Shown here piece by piece: positions 1 through 12,718 of a stretch of 64,000 bases of DNA. The notes below the pieces were generated by a model. That model ran no database searches, was not told the DNA's origin, and was given only the letters and a program-made list of their open reading frames with translations. Position 1 is the first letter of the stretch; each line of letters opens with the position of its first letter. Both the position numbers and the translations under genes were made by a program. This DNA is from Eledone cirrhosa. Taxonomy: Eukaryota. The stretch spans positions 276,954,001-277,018,000 of the forward strand of contig OZ024741.1 of assembly GCA_964016885.1 (NCBI GenBank), given 5' to 3'.

Positions 1-629
1 TGCCATATCCTGCATCTCCAACAGACCAGTGTCTGTCCTTAGGGCATCAACATATGTTAACCTTGGTCTTCCTCTTCTAGTGTGTCCATGTAGGGGCTCC
101 CAATGGAGCACTGAGTGCAATGTCAACTCTGGATGTCGGTGAGCATGTCCAGCCAACCTCAGTCTTCTCTGTGTCACTTTTGAGCTGACTTTTGGGATGC
201 TCCCATACAGCTCTGAGTGTTCATCCTCAGAGTATACTGATTAATGTTCAGAGCCATCCTCAGCATTCTCGTGTAGCACCCACCCACCATCTGAGTGAGT
301 CTCTTTGTCAGTGTCCAAGTCTCAGACCCACACAGCAGCACACACTCCACTACAGCAATGAAGAGGCGGATTTTCAGGTCTCTACGAAGGTCCGACTTCC
401 ACACCGATCTCAAGCTGTGACACGCCGCCCAGGCCTTGCTCTTCCTCTCAACCACATCATCTTCCGTATTCCCAATCTTTGCTCCCAAATACAGGAAGTC
501 CTCAACCAATTCCAGCGGCTTCCCACCTACATTAGTGATCCCCTCTGGCTTCTCAACATTCTCTACCAGATATTTTGTTTTAGTCTCATTCATTCTCAGC
601 CCCACACTCATCGACACAGTCTCAACCAT
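1..629 (-). pseudogene. RTE-like non-LTR retrotransposon, RT C-terminal fragment (frameshifted, runs off window start)
   Basis: ORF 174..629 has GLRMNETKTKYL, FLYLGAKI, LLCGSETWTLT and RMLRMAL, the post-RT region typical of RTE-type LINEs. It is a 1-nt frameshifted duplicate of 8393..9124. Confidence 0.85.
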
Positions 630-1196
630 ATATATATATGATAATAATAATAGTTTCTAATTTTAGCACAAGGCCACCAATTTTCCAAATGCATTACTGG
701 TACTTTATTTTATGGACGCCTTTCAGCCCGAGGATCGATCGATCCTGACTCTGGAATCAGTAGCTCGTGAGTTCACATGTAGACTACTTTTATTATTATT
801 TGTGTATTTGCTGGCCTTGTGCAAAAAAGTAGAAACAATTATTATTATTATTGATGCTCTCTTCCCCACGTGCTCATCGAGTGCTCATCATGGCATACCC
901 CCTACGGGCGCAATTAATTTCCCCCTCTAATACCTACATATATGTGTGTGTGTGTCTGTGCCTGTGTGTGTGTGTTTGTGTGTGTCTGTGTGGATGGGTG
1001 TGAGTGTGTTATTTGACCAGACATATTGCTGGAAAAGGTGACTACTTGTTTCTAATTAAAAGGGCCAGCCTTGTCACACAATGTGTCAAGCTGGATCTAT
1101 TTCGAGAGACGTCCACCGGGCTCTCCAAAATATACAGGAGAAAGCCTGTTCTTTTCATGTATTCTCTCCTATATATATATACATACAAATATATAT

Positions 1197-1407
1197 AGTG
1201 TTAGAAAGTACAGGGACACAAACAAGAGATGGACATTTCCTCTTCATCCGTTGTCTACTACGGGTCACAAATGTTTCAACGCATTAAAAAAACATCTGTG
1301 ACCCTTAATAGACAATTGATGAAGGGAAAATGTCCATCTCTTGTTTGTGTCCCTTTATTTCTAACACTCGTATTAGTAACCACACAGCCTTGTCCCTCTC
1401 AATCCAT
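1197..1407. repeat. Fold-back element with ~80-bp inverted arms (1197-1368); copies at ~9694, 19888, 29804, 34438, 40704, 47212
   Basis: AGTGTTAGAAAGTACAGGGACACAAACAAGAGATGGAC... is the reverse complement of ...GTCCATCTCTTGTTTGTGTCCCTTTATTTCTAACACT. Flanked by (TA)n. Confidence 0.85.
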
Positions 1408-1429
1408 ATATATATATATATATATATAT

Positions 1430-1813
1430 ATAACTAGGAATTGATCAACATATATATAAATAAATATAAACATGAAAAATCACAGGAGATAACTTTTTAC
1501 AAGCGTGTAACCACGCATGGCTTGTAGGTAACAAGGGGAAGATTAATCATTATAAGGTATATATTTTTGAAGTTCTAGTTAACTTTATTTATTTGTTACC
1601 TACAAGCCATGCGTGGTTACACGCTTGTAAAAATCATCTCCTGTGATTTTTCATGTTTATATTTATTTATATATATGTTGATCAATTCCTAGTTATTAAA
1701 ATGCTCGTACTTACAAAGTCCCAGAGCTTATTTTCCGGGCGATATGGCGCATTCCGTTAAGGATTGACACCCATAATTTCGATTCTGATTGAATTCTTTT
1801 AATCTATCTTAAT

Positions 1814-1820
<7 letters not shown>
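1430..1820. repeat. Fold-back element with ~100-bp inverted arms (1430-1533 vs 1594-1696); copies at ~9966 and ~20131
   Basis: TAACTAGGAATTGATCAAC...GTAGGTAACAA versus TTGTTACCTAC...GTTGATCAATTCCTAGTTA. Flanked by (TA)n. Confidence 0.85.
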
Positions 1821-1846
<26 letters not shown>

Positions 1847-1872
1847 GTATATATATATGTATATATATATAT

Positions 1873-2249
1873 GGTGCGGGCCTTCCCTCCTATTCGAGGA
1901 TGATCATTTAGTTGTTCAATTGTTCCGTTAATTGAATTAACTACGCGTTATATTACATGTAATTGACTGAATATTCTACAGACACGAGTATCCTTAACTC
2001 TAGTCAAATTTAACGTGAACAGTCTGTCAAGTCTAGACCTTTGAATTTCATGTCATGTGATTGAACATAGATCCTCTTGATTGAACCTTGAATTTCTTAA
2101 CTTATTAGCACCAACACCAAAATCAATATTCACACCACCACCACCAACATTACAGTCACCTCCACTACTCCCACCAGCACCATCACCAACAACAACACCA
2201 CCACCACCAGCACAGCCACCCCTATTCACCACACACAAGAGACCCCCGC

Positions 2250-2314
<65 letters not shown>

Positions 2315-2950
2315 ATCTCTTTCTATTTATCTGTCCCTCTCGCACCTTTTCGAATAAATACTCACCCAAACACAAAGACACACATACACACACACACTCT
2401 CACACACAAACACACACACATAAACATATAAACACACAAAAACACATACACGCACGCACACACACACACAAACACACACACACACACACACACACAAACA
2501 CCCACACATACACACATACACACACGCACGCACACACGAACACACACACATACATACACATACACACACATACACACACGCACACACACACAAACACACA
2601 CACATACATACACATACACACACAAACACACACAGACATTTTCCCCATCCAAAGAAATAAACACAGAGGAAAAAGTGAACCCAAACACTCCAATGAACCT
2701 ATCTTCAAACATTAACACTTTTCCACCTCCCACCATGTCTATTACCTAACCACGATGATAATCAACCTCCTCTCCCCAGTCCCCACGCCGACTAGTCTGT
2801 CTCCACTCCACCCCTCTATCTAACATCCTTGAATCTCATCGATACAGTCTACTACAGCGACACCAGTGGGATATTCCATCACTTGTTGCTAGCATCAACA
2901 TCCCACCACTTGTCTTCGACCGGGACAGTTGCTTAGACAGAAAGATGCTT
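1873..2950. mobile_element. Unclassified interspersed repeat with internal ACC-rich, (CT)n and (CA)n tracts; copies start at ~5875, 10420, 20577, 30313, 34745, 41075, 47491
   Basis: Conserved left end GGTGCGGGCCTTCCCTC...TTACATGTAATTGACTGAATA and conserved right end ...CACCACTTGTCTTCGAC, with variable simple-repeat interiors and (TA)n flanks. A PLE 3'-UTR origin is only inferred. Confidence 0.55.
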
Positions 2951-3036
2951 TTATATATATGTATATATATATATATGAATAAATCTGTCTATATATATAT
3001 GTATATATATATGAATAAATCTGTCTGTATATATAT

Positions 3037-4051
3037 ATAATAAAGGGATTGTGATAAGGAACGAGATGGACCAGAGTACTCAATACTTAGGGTAGTAGAG
3101 TGGGAATAGGAAAAATTATGACCCGGACGGCAGAGCTCAAGCCGTTTAGACGGCTATTTCTGGACCTTTTTCAGCTTTGTTGGAGGTGTCCGTCCTCACG
3201 TTGCACTGGTAGATCACGTTACGGTCTCGGCATATGTTGTTGAGGGGGCACGTTGATCTATCAGGACAGTTACACATCCTGGTCGGCTCTCCACTGATGT
3301 CTAGGTTATTTCTTCCATAGGGTTGAGTTTTTTTGTTGTTTGAGAAGACGATGTTTTGTGCGAAGTTAGGTGTGGTGCTGTAGGAGAGTTTGGTGGTGTT
3401 TTTGTTGATTATGTTGTGGTAGCGGTGTTGTAGTGGAAAGTGTTTAAAGAAGATTTTTCCAGATAGGTGTTGCCACCTCGGCATTATGGGGAGGATTGAA
3501 CCACGTTACATTGCGTGAGCGGCGGTGTTGCCTGCTGGATCCGCTAAGGAAAGCTGGATAAAAGGATATTTCCTCCCGGAAGCCACTCCGCTTGAGGGCC
3601 TGGTTGCAATGAGGCGCGTGTTCGTCGAATATCTGCTCATTAGCGGACAAGCGAGATATGCGGAGGGAGATGTTTTTAACAAGGTTATTGGTGATGTCTC
3701 TAGGATGGTTAGAGAGGCGGTGGATGTAGTGCAGGTTGTCGTTTGGTTTCCTGTATGGGTAGTACAGATCATTTTCGAAGTTAAGGGTAACGTCCAGGAA
3801 ATTGACTCCGGTTAGGGACGTTTGTAGGGTGATTTTAAATCCCCAGTCTCGGAAGAAGTTGATTAGTTGTTTACGGACCCGGCCTGTTCTACTGGGGTTG
3901 TACCCTTTGAGGGTGAGGAGCCCACAATCCCGGTAGAATCCACCGCCGAATGCACGAAAGTTTTCGGTGAGTTTAAATAGTAGGAATAATCCTATAATAG
4001 AAATAGCCGTCGAAACGGCTTGAGCTCTGCCGTCGGGGTCATACTTTTTCC

Positions 4052-4054
<3 letters not shown>
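3037..4054 (-). mobile_element. 5'-truncated, internally deleted Naiad-like Penelope-like retroelement with an inverted copy of its 3' end; copies at 11586-12601, 21720-22737, partial 7343-7828
   Basis: Minus-strand translation gives [17 protein letters not shown] (YRDD degenerated)..[54 protein letters not shown], then a deletion removing the rest of the GIY-YIG domain. 3998-4054 is the reverse complement of ~3105-3161. Confidence 0.88.
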
Positions 4055-4089
<35 letters not shown>

Positions 4090-4094
<5 letters not shown>

Positions 4095-4680
4095 AGTTAT
4101 TCCGGGTTGAATCGGAGGTAACCACAGTAAGTAAGGTACTCAATACATAGCAGAGTATAAAAGTTTGAATATCGATGAGATTCTACAGGACTAGATCTGT
4201 TTGATACTTTAGAAATCATCAGGAATCTGGCTGTCCAAAATAAATGTTGTGGTATCTACATATTTTCTGGTGTTAGGAGAGGGTGGGGAGTGGGATGGGT
4301 TGAGGTCATTGGTTGAAAGAAAAGGGAATTCATTAAAAGCTAATTCTTTAAGGCTATAATTTATATTTAGAGTGACAAAGCAGAAAGAATTCTATAAACA
4401 AGTTCAAATATTGCGTGACACTCCTTATTTTTAAGTTTCTCTTAGGCCAACAATGCCTATATTTCAGGTGTCTATAAAATGGTTGGGGGTCGGTCATGGG
4501 TGATGGATTTAAAGAAAAGGGAAATTCTTTAAAAGCTAATTTTTTAAAGCTCTACTTAGAGTGACAAAGGCCAAGAGGATTATATGAACCAGTTCAAATA
4601 TTGAGTGCCTATCATTATTGTCATGTTTCTCTTAAGCTATAATTCAGGTGTCAACAGACACATTCACATACACACACACA

Positions 4681-4737
<57 letters not shown>

Positions 4738-4930
4738 CCTTAAAGAATTAGCTTTTAATGAATTCCCTTTTCTTTCAACCAATGACCTCCACCCACCCCA
4801 CTCCCCACCCTCTCCTACCACCACTAAAGATATAAATACCACAACATTTATTTTGGGCAGCCAGATTCCTGATGATTTCTAAAGAATGAAACAGTTCTAG
4901 TCTTGTCGAATCTCATCTATATTAAAACTG
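4090..4930. mobile_element. Oppositely oriented pair of PLE 3'-UTR/pLTR fragments (minus 4090-4680, plus 4737-4930), each with an HHR motif; repeated at 12716-13310/18416-18610 and 22813-23630
   Basis: Both halves match 17790-18380, the 3' end of the PLE at 13331-18380. The minus half has a ~190-bp internal tandem subrepeat (TTAGAGTGACAAAG...TTCAGGTGTC). Confidence 0.8.
4863..4913 (+). ncRNA. Type I hammerhead ribozyme motif, family 1 (GUC site)
   Basis: AGATTC-CTGATGA-tTTCtaaaGAAt-GAAA-CAG-ttctagtc-TTG-TC-GAATCT. Helix I is AGATTC/GAATCT, both core boxes are intact, and the predicted cut is after 4907. Confidence 0.8.
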
Positions 4931-5349
4931 TATATATATATATATATATATGTATATATGTGTATATATATGTGTGATCACAGTGTAGGAATGTATAATT
5001 GCATGAGCATATAATATATACTTCATATACGTCTCCATAGATCGAATGTGTATGTGCATATATAGATATATACACATATAAACACACAGAAAAGGTAGAC
5101 ATTCTATCATCTCCCACTGAATCTATATCTATAGTTAATCCCTTCCCAATCATCAATCCTTCCCCCTACCCACCACCCCACCTCGTCCTGACTTATATGC
5201 ATACCCCCTCCACCACGACCATCACCATCCTCTACTAAGCCATCCTTCAATCTCATTGAACCATTCAGTCAATGACAGCGACATCAGAGAGAGAAACATT
5301 CCAATACTTGTTGCAGCATCAAATGATTAAAATATCACAGACTGTTAGA

Positions 5350-5428
<79 letters not shown>

Positions 5429-5460
5429 AGATCAAAAGATGGTTAAAGGAGTTCCATGTA

Positions 5461-5527
5461 TTTTATTATGCGCATTTCAAAAACAAACATCATCATGCAA
5501 TAATATTTGTGTTTTCATCAGATAAAA
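5461..5527 (-). ncRNA. Type I hammerhead ribozyme motif, family 2 (AUA site, palindromic helix III UGCGCA)
   Basis: Minus strand reads TTTTAT-CTGATGA-[~16-bp helix II]-GAAA-TGCGCA-TA-ATAAAA. An identical core lies at 24123-24189 (-). Confidence 0.82.
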
Positions 5528-5657
5528 CAGGAGGACATGATATGAAGGCTAAAAAACACTTGTGGATAGTGCAGTTTTAAATCAACATATCAACATATGT
5601 TGATTTAAAACTGCACTATCCACAAGTGTTTTTTAGCCTTCATAACATGTCCTCCTG

Positions 5658-5724
5658 TTTTATCTGATGAAAACACAAATATTATTGCATGATGATGTTT
5701 GTTTTTGAAATGCGCATATTAAAA
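5658..5724 (+). ncRNA. Type I hammerhead ribozyme motif, family 2 (inverted partner)
   Basis: TTTTAT-CTGATGA-AAACACAAATATTATT-gcat-GATGATGTTTGTTTTT-GAAA-TGCGCA-TA-TTAAAA. The first helix I pair is a U.U mismatch. Confidence 0.72.
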
Positions 5725-6371
5725 TATATGGAACTCCTTTAACCATCTTTTGATCTTATATATTATGTATACTCCAGTCCTACAAACTGTAGAGTGCTTC
5801 TTATCCGATATCTGCATTACTTTATTGTACTACAATAAAACTCACCTCCTACATATATATATATGTATATATATGGTGCGGGCCTTCCCTCCTTTTCGAC
5901 GATGATTATTTAGTTGTTCAGTTGTTCCGTTAATTGAATTAACTACGCGTTATATTACATGTAATTGACTGAATATTCCACAGACACGAGTATCCTTAAC
6001 TCTAGTCAAATTTAACGTGAACAATCTGACAAGTCTAGAACTTTGAATTTCATGTCATGTGATTGAACATAGATCCTCATAATTGAACCTTGAATTTCTT
6101 AACTTATTAACACCAACACCAAAATCAATATTCACACCACCACCACCACCACCAACATCACAGTCACCTCCACTACTCCCACCAGCACCATCACCAACAA
6201 CAACACCACCACCACCAGCACAACCACCCCTATTCACCACACACAAGACACCCCCGCCCTCTCTCTCTCTCTCTTCGAATCTCTTTCTATCTATCTGTCC
6301 CTCTCCCACCTTTTCGAATAAATACTCGCCCAACCACACACACACTCACACACACACGCACAAAAACACAG

Positions 6372-6414
<43 letters not shown>

Positions 6415-6420
6415 CAGAAA

Positions 6421-6464
<44 letters not shown>

Positions 6465-7130
6465 CACACACACACATACACATAAGCACACACACACTCT
6501 CACAAACACACACACAAACACACCCACACACATACACACATGCACACACACACACAAACACACACTCACATGCACATACACACACAAACACACATAAACA
6601 CACAAAAACACATATACACACGCACGCACACACACACACACAAACACACATACACACACACCCACACAAACACACAAACACCCACACACACACCCACAAA
6701 CACACATACACACACACACACTCACACACACACAAACACACACACACATTTTTCCCATCCAAACAGACACACGAAAAAGTGAACCCAAACACTCCAATGA
6801 ACCTATCTTCAAACATTAACACTCTTCCACCTCCCACCATGTCTATTACCTAACCACGATGATAATCAACCTCCTCTCCCCAGTCCCCACCCCGACTAGT
6901 CTGTCTCCACCCCACCCCTCTACCTAACATCCTTGAATCTCATCGATACAGTCTACTGCAGCGACACCAGTGAGACATTCCATCACTTGTTGCTATATCA
7001 ACATCCCACCACTTGTCTTCGACCGGGACGGTTGCTTAGACAGATATATGATTTTATATATATGTATATATATATATATATGAATAAATCTGTCTCTCTC
7101 TCTCTACACATATATATATGAATAAATCTG

Positions 7131-7185
<55 letters not shown>

Positions 7186-7877
7186 ATATCTTTTTCCATT
7201 TATCTGAGGCTTCTAAACCCCATTATCAGGCTAAAATTCCTTTAGTCAAAAATACGGTGAAAGCTATTCTATTTTTCTAATTTCAAACCTGCTCACTGTT
7301 TAAAAACATACTTACTTGATATATATATATATATATATATATATAACAAAGGGATTATGATAAGGAACCAGATGGACCATAACGCACCAGAGTACTCAAT
7401 ACTTAGGGTAGTAGAGTGGGAATAGGAAAAATTATGACCCCGACGGCAGAGCTCAAGCCGTTTCGACGGCTATTTCTGGACCTTTTTCAGCTTTGTTGGA
7501 GGTGTCCGTCCTCACGTTGCACTGGTAGGTCACGTTACGGTCTCGGCATATGTTGTTGAGGGGGCACGTTGATCTATCAGAGCACTTACACATCCTGGTC
7601 GGCTCTCCACTGATGTCTAGGTTATTTCTTCCATAGGGTTGAGTTTTTTGTTGTTTGAGGAGACGATGTTTTGTGCGAAGTCAGGTGTGGTGCCGTAGGA
7701 GAGTTTGGTGGTGTTTTTGTTGATTATGTTGTGGTAGCGGTGTTGTAGTGGAAAGTGTTTAAAGAAGATTTTCCAGATAGCTGTTGCCACCTCGGCATTA
7801 TGGGGAGGAATGAACCACGTTACGTTGCATATGATATATGCTTCATATACGTCTCCCTAGATTGAATGTGTATGTGC

Positions 7878-7908
<31 letters not shown>

Positions 7909-8196
7909 AACACAGAGAGAAAGGTGGACATTCTATCAACTCCCACTGAATCTATATCTATAGTTAATCCCTTCCTTATCAACAATCTTTCACCCTACCC
8001 ACCACCCCACCACGTCCAGACTAATATGCATACCCCCTCCACCACGACCATCACCACCCTCTACTAACCCATCCTTCAATCTCATTGAACCATTCAGTCA
8101 ATGACAGCGACATCAGAGAGAGAAACATTCCAATACTTGTTGCAGCATCAAATGATTAAAATATCACAAACGTTCGTTTTATAAATGACAAACTTT

Positions 8197-8276
<80 letters not shown>

Positions 8277-8278
<2 letters not shown>

Positions 8279-8400
8279 GGGAGGCCCAAATGTCGCAATA
8301 CATAGGAAATTTTTAAGTTGCCATATTTATTTATTTTGAATAAATTGTTTCTTAAAAAACAATTATTTTGTTTATGTATTGCGACTCTTGGGTCACCCTG
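8277..8400. mobile_element. ~125-bp Tc1/mariner-type MITE; copies at 19118-19244, 26578-26703, 31348-31473, 37453-37578, 43755-43886, 63820-63941
   Basis: ~28-bp terminal inverted repeats CAGGG(A/T)GGCCCAAAnGTCGCAATACATA ... TATGTAT(C/T)GCGACTTTTGGGCCACCCTG followed by TA, with an AT-rich non-coding interior. Confidence 0.8.
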
Positions 8401-8424
8401 TATATATATATATATATATATCTA

Positions 8425-9124
8425 TCCAAGGCGGGTAAAATTCCCGAGATCCATGGACGAGTTTTCTCCAGCGGTCTCTGTCCCTCATTATCGCTGCCAT
8501 ATCCTGCATCTCCAACAGACCAGTGTCTGTCCTTAGGGCATCAACATATGTTAACCTTGGTCTTCCTCTTCTAGTGTGTCCATGTAGGGGCTCCCAAAGG
8601 AGCACTGAGTGCAATGTCAACTCTGGATGTCGGTGAGCATGTCCAGCCAACCTCAGTCTTCTCTGTGTCACTTTTGAGCTGACTTTTGGGATGCTCCCAT
8701 ACAGCTCTGAGTTTTTCATCCTCAGTGTATACTGATTAATGTTCAGAGCCATCCTCAGCATTCTCGTGTAGCACCCATCCACCATCTGAGTGAGTCTCTT
8801 TGTCAGTGTCCAAGTCTCAGACCCACACAGCAGCACAGACTCCACTACAGAAATGAAGAGGCGGATTTTCAGGTCTCTACGAAGGTCCGACTTCCACACC
8901 GATCTCAAGCTGTGACACGCCGCCCAGGCCTTGCTCTTCCTCTCAACCACATCATCTTCCGTATTCCCAATCTTTGCTCCCAAATACAGGAAGTCCTCAA
9001 CCAATTCCAGCGGCTTCCCACCTACATTAGTGATCCCCTCTGGCTTCTCAAGATTCTCTACCAGATATTTTGTTTTAGTCTCATTCATTCTCAGTCCCAC
9101 ACTCATCGACACAGTCTCAACCAT
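8425..9124 (-). mobile_element. 5'-truncated RTE-like LINE (3' ~700 bp, open frame 8393..9124)
   Basis: The ORF ends with RRLRLAGHAHR..LLWEP..RRGRPRLTYVD..DRDRWRKLV, the characteristic RTE C-terminus. Both ends abut (TA)n. Confidence 0.88.
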
Positions 9125-9900
9125 ATATATATATGATAATAATAATAGTTTCTAATTTTAGCACAAGGCCACCAATTTTCCAAATGCATTACTGGTACTT
9201 TATTTTATGGACGCCTTTCAGCCCGAGGATCGATCGATCCCGACTCTGGAATCAGTAGCTCGTGAGTTCACATCTAGACTACTTTTATTATTATTTGTGT
9301 AATTGCTGGCCTTGTGCCAAAAAGTAGAAACAATTATTATTATTATTGATGCTCTCTTCCCCACGTGCTCATCGAGTGCTCATCATGGCATACCCCCTAC
9401 GGGCGCAATTAATTTCCCCCTCTAATACCTACATATATGTGTGTGTGTGTGTCTGTGCCTGTGTGTGTGTGTTTGTGTGTGTCTGTGTGGATGGGTGTGA
9501 GTGTGTTATTTGACCAGACATATTGCTGGAAAAGGTGACTACTTGTTTCTAATTAAAAGGGCCAGCCTTGTCACACAATGTGTCAAGCTGGATCTATTTC
9601 GAGAGACGTCCACCGGGCTCTCCAAAATATACAGGAGAAAGCCTGTTCTTTTCATGTATTCTCTCCTATATATATATACATACAAATATATATAGTGTTA
9701 GAAAGTACAGGGACACAAACAAGAGATGGACATTTCCTCTTCATCCGTTGTCTACTACGGGTCACAAATGTTTCAACGCATTAAAAAAACATCTGTGACC
9801 CTTAATAGACAATTGATGAAGGGAAAATGTCCATCTCTTGTTTGTGTCCCTTTATTTCTAACACTCGTATTAGTAACCACACAGCCTTGTCCCTCTCAAT

Positions 9901-9968
<68 letters not shown>

Positions 9969-10351
9969 CTAGGAATTGATCAACATATATATAAATAAAT
10001 ATAAACATGAAAAATCACAGGAGATAACTTTTTACAAGCGTGTAACCACGCATGGCTTGTAGGTAACAAGGGGAAGATTAATCATTATAAGGTATATATT
10101 TTTGAAGTTCTAGTTAACTTTATTTATTTGTTACCTACAAGCCATGCGTGGTTACACGCTTGTAAAAATCATCTCCTGTGATTTTTCATGTTTATATTTA
10201 TTTATATATATGTTGATCAATTCCTAGTTATTAAAATGCTCGTACTTACAAAGTCCCAGAGCTTATTTTCCGGGCGATATGGCGCATTCCGTTATGGATT
10301 GACACCCATAATTTCGATTCTGATTGAATTCTTTTAATCTATCTTAATTTT

Positions 10352-10393
<42 letters not shown>

Positions 10394-10799
10394 GTATATA
10401 TATATGTATATATATATATGGTGCGGGCCTTCCCTCCTATTCGACGATGATCATTTAGTTGTTCAATTGTTCCGTTAATTGAATTAACTACGCGTTATAT
10501 TACATGTAATTGACTGAATATTCTACAGACACGAGTATCCTTAACTCTAGTCAAATTTAACGTGAACAGTCTGTCAAGTCTAGACCTTTGAATTTCATGT
10601 CATGCGATTGAACATAGATCCTCTTGATTGAACCTTGAATTTCTTAACTTATTAGCACCAACACCAAAATCAATATTCACACCACCACCACCAACATTAC
10701 AGTCACCTCCACTACTCCCACCAGCACCATCACCAACAACAACACCACCACCACCAGCACAGCCGCCCCTATTCACCACACACAAGAGACCCCCGCCCC

Positions 10800-10861
<62 letters not shown>

Positions 10862-12611
10862 ATCTCTTTCTATTTATCTGTCCCTCTCGCACCTTTTCGA
10901 ATAAATACTCGCCCAAACACAAAGACACACATACACACACACACTCTCACACACAAACACACAAACACACACACATAAACATATAAACACACAAAAACAC
11001 ATACACGCACGCACACACACACACAAACACACACACACACACACAAACACCCACACATACACACATACACACACGCACGCACACACGAACACACACACAT
11101 ACATACACATACACACACATACACACACGCACACACACACGCACACACACACATACATACACATACACACACAAACACACACAGACATTTTCCCCATCCA
11201 AAGAAATAAACACAGAGGAAAAAGTGAACCCAAACACTTCAATGAACCTATCTTCAAACATTAACACTTTTTCACCTCCCACCATGTCTATTACCTAACC
11301 ACGATGAATAATCAACCTCCTCTCCCCAGGGCCCACCCGACTAGTCTGTCTCCACCCCACCCCTCTACCTAACAACCTTGAATCTCATCGATACAGTCTA
11401 CTACAGCGACACCGGTGAGATATTCCATCACTTGTTGCTACATCAACATCCCACCACTTGTCTTCGACCGGGACAGTTGCTTAGACAGAAAGATGCTTTT
11501 ATATATATGTATATATATATATATGAATAAATCTGTCTATATATATATGTATATATATATGAATAAATCTGTCTGTATATATATATAACAAAGGGATTGT
11601 GGTAAGAAACGAGATGGACCAGAGTACTCAATACTTAGGGTAGTAGAGTGGGAATAGGAAAAATTATGACCCGGACGGCAGAGCTCAAGCCGTTTAGACG
11701 GCTATTTCTGGACCTTTTTCAGCTTTGTTGGAGGTGTCCGTCCTCACGTTGCACTGGTAGATCACGTTACGGTCTCGGCATATGTTGTTGAGGGGGCACG
11801 TTGATCTATCAGAGCACTTACACATCCTGGTCGGCTCTCCACTGATGTCTAGGTTATTTCTTCCATAGGGTTGAGTTTTTTGTTGTTTGAGGAGACGATG
11901 TTTTGTGCGAAGTTAGATGTGGTGCTGTAGGAGAGTTTGGTGGTGTTTTTGTTGATTATGTTGTGGTAGCGGTGTTGTAGTGGAAAGTGTTTAAAGAAGA
12001 TTTTCCAGATAGGTGTTGCCACCTCGGCATTATGGGGAGGAATGAACCACGTTACGTTGCGTGGGCGGCGGTGTTGCCTGCTGGATCCGCTAAGGATAGC
12101 TGGATAAAAGGATATTTCCTCCCGGAAGCCACTCCGCTTGAGGGCCTGGTTGCAATGAGGCGCGTGTTCGTCGAATATCTGCTCATTAGCGGACAAGCGA
12201 GATATGCGGAGGGAGATGTTTTTAACCAGGTTATTGGTGATGTTGCTAGGATGGTTAGAGAGGCGGTGGATGTAGTGCAGGTTGTCGTTTGGTTTCCTGT
12301 ATGGGTAGTACAGATCATTTTCGAAGTTAAGGGTAACGTCCAGGAAATTGACTCCGGTTAGGGACGTTTGTAGGGTGATTTTAAATCCCCAGTCTCGGAA
12401 GAAGTTGATTAGTTGTTTACGGACCCGGCCTGTTCTACTGGGGTTGTACCCTTTGAGGGTGAGGAGCCCACAATCCCGGTAGAATCCACCGCCGAATGCA
12501 CGAAAGTTTTCGGTGAGTTTAAATAGTAGGAATAATCCTATAATAGAAATAGCCGTCGAAACGGCTTGAGCTCTGCCGTCGGGGTCATACTTTTTCCTAT
12601 TATATATATAT

Positions 12612-12718
<107 letters not shown>

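Larger units (their letters stand above)
5422..5764. repeat. Near-perfect ~340-bp palindrome (two inverted PLE 3' ends), followed by a unique tail to ~5852
   Basis: ATATATAAGATCAAAAGATGGTTAAAGGAGTTCC... versus ...GGAACTCCTTTAACCATCTTTTGATCTTATATAT, centred near 5590-5600. Confidence 0.9.
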
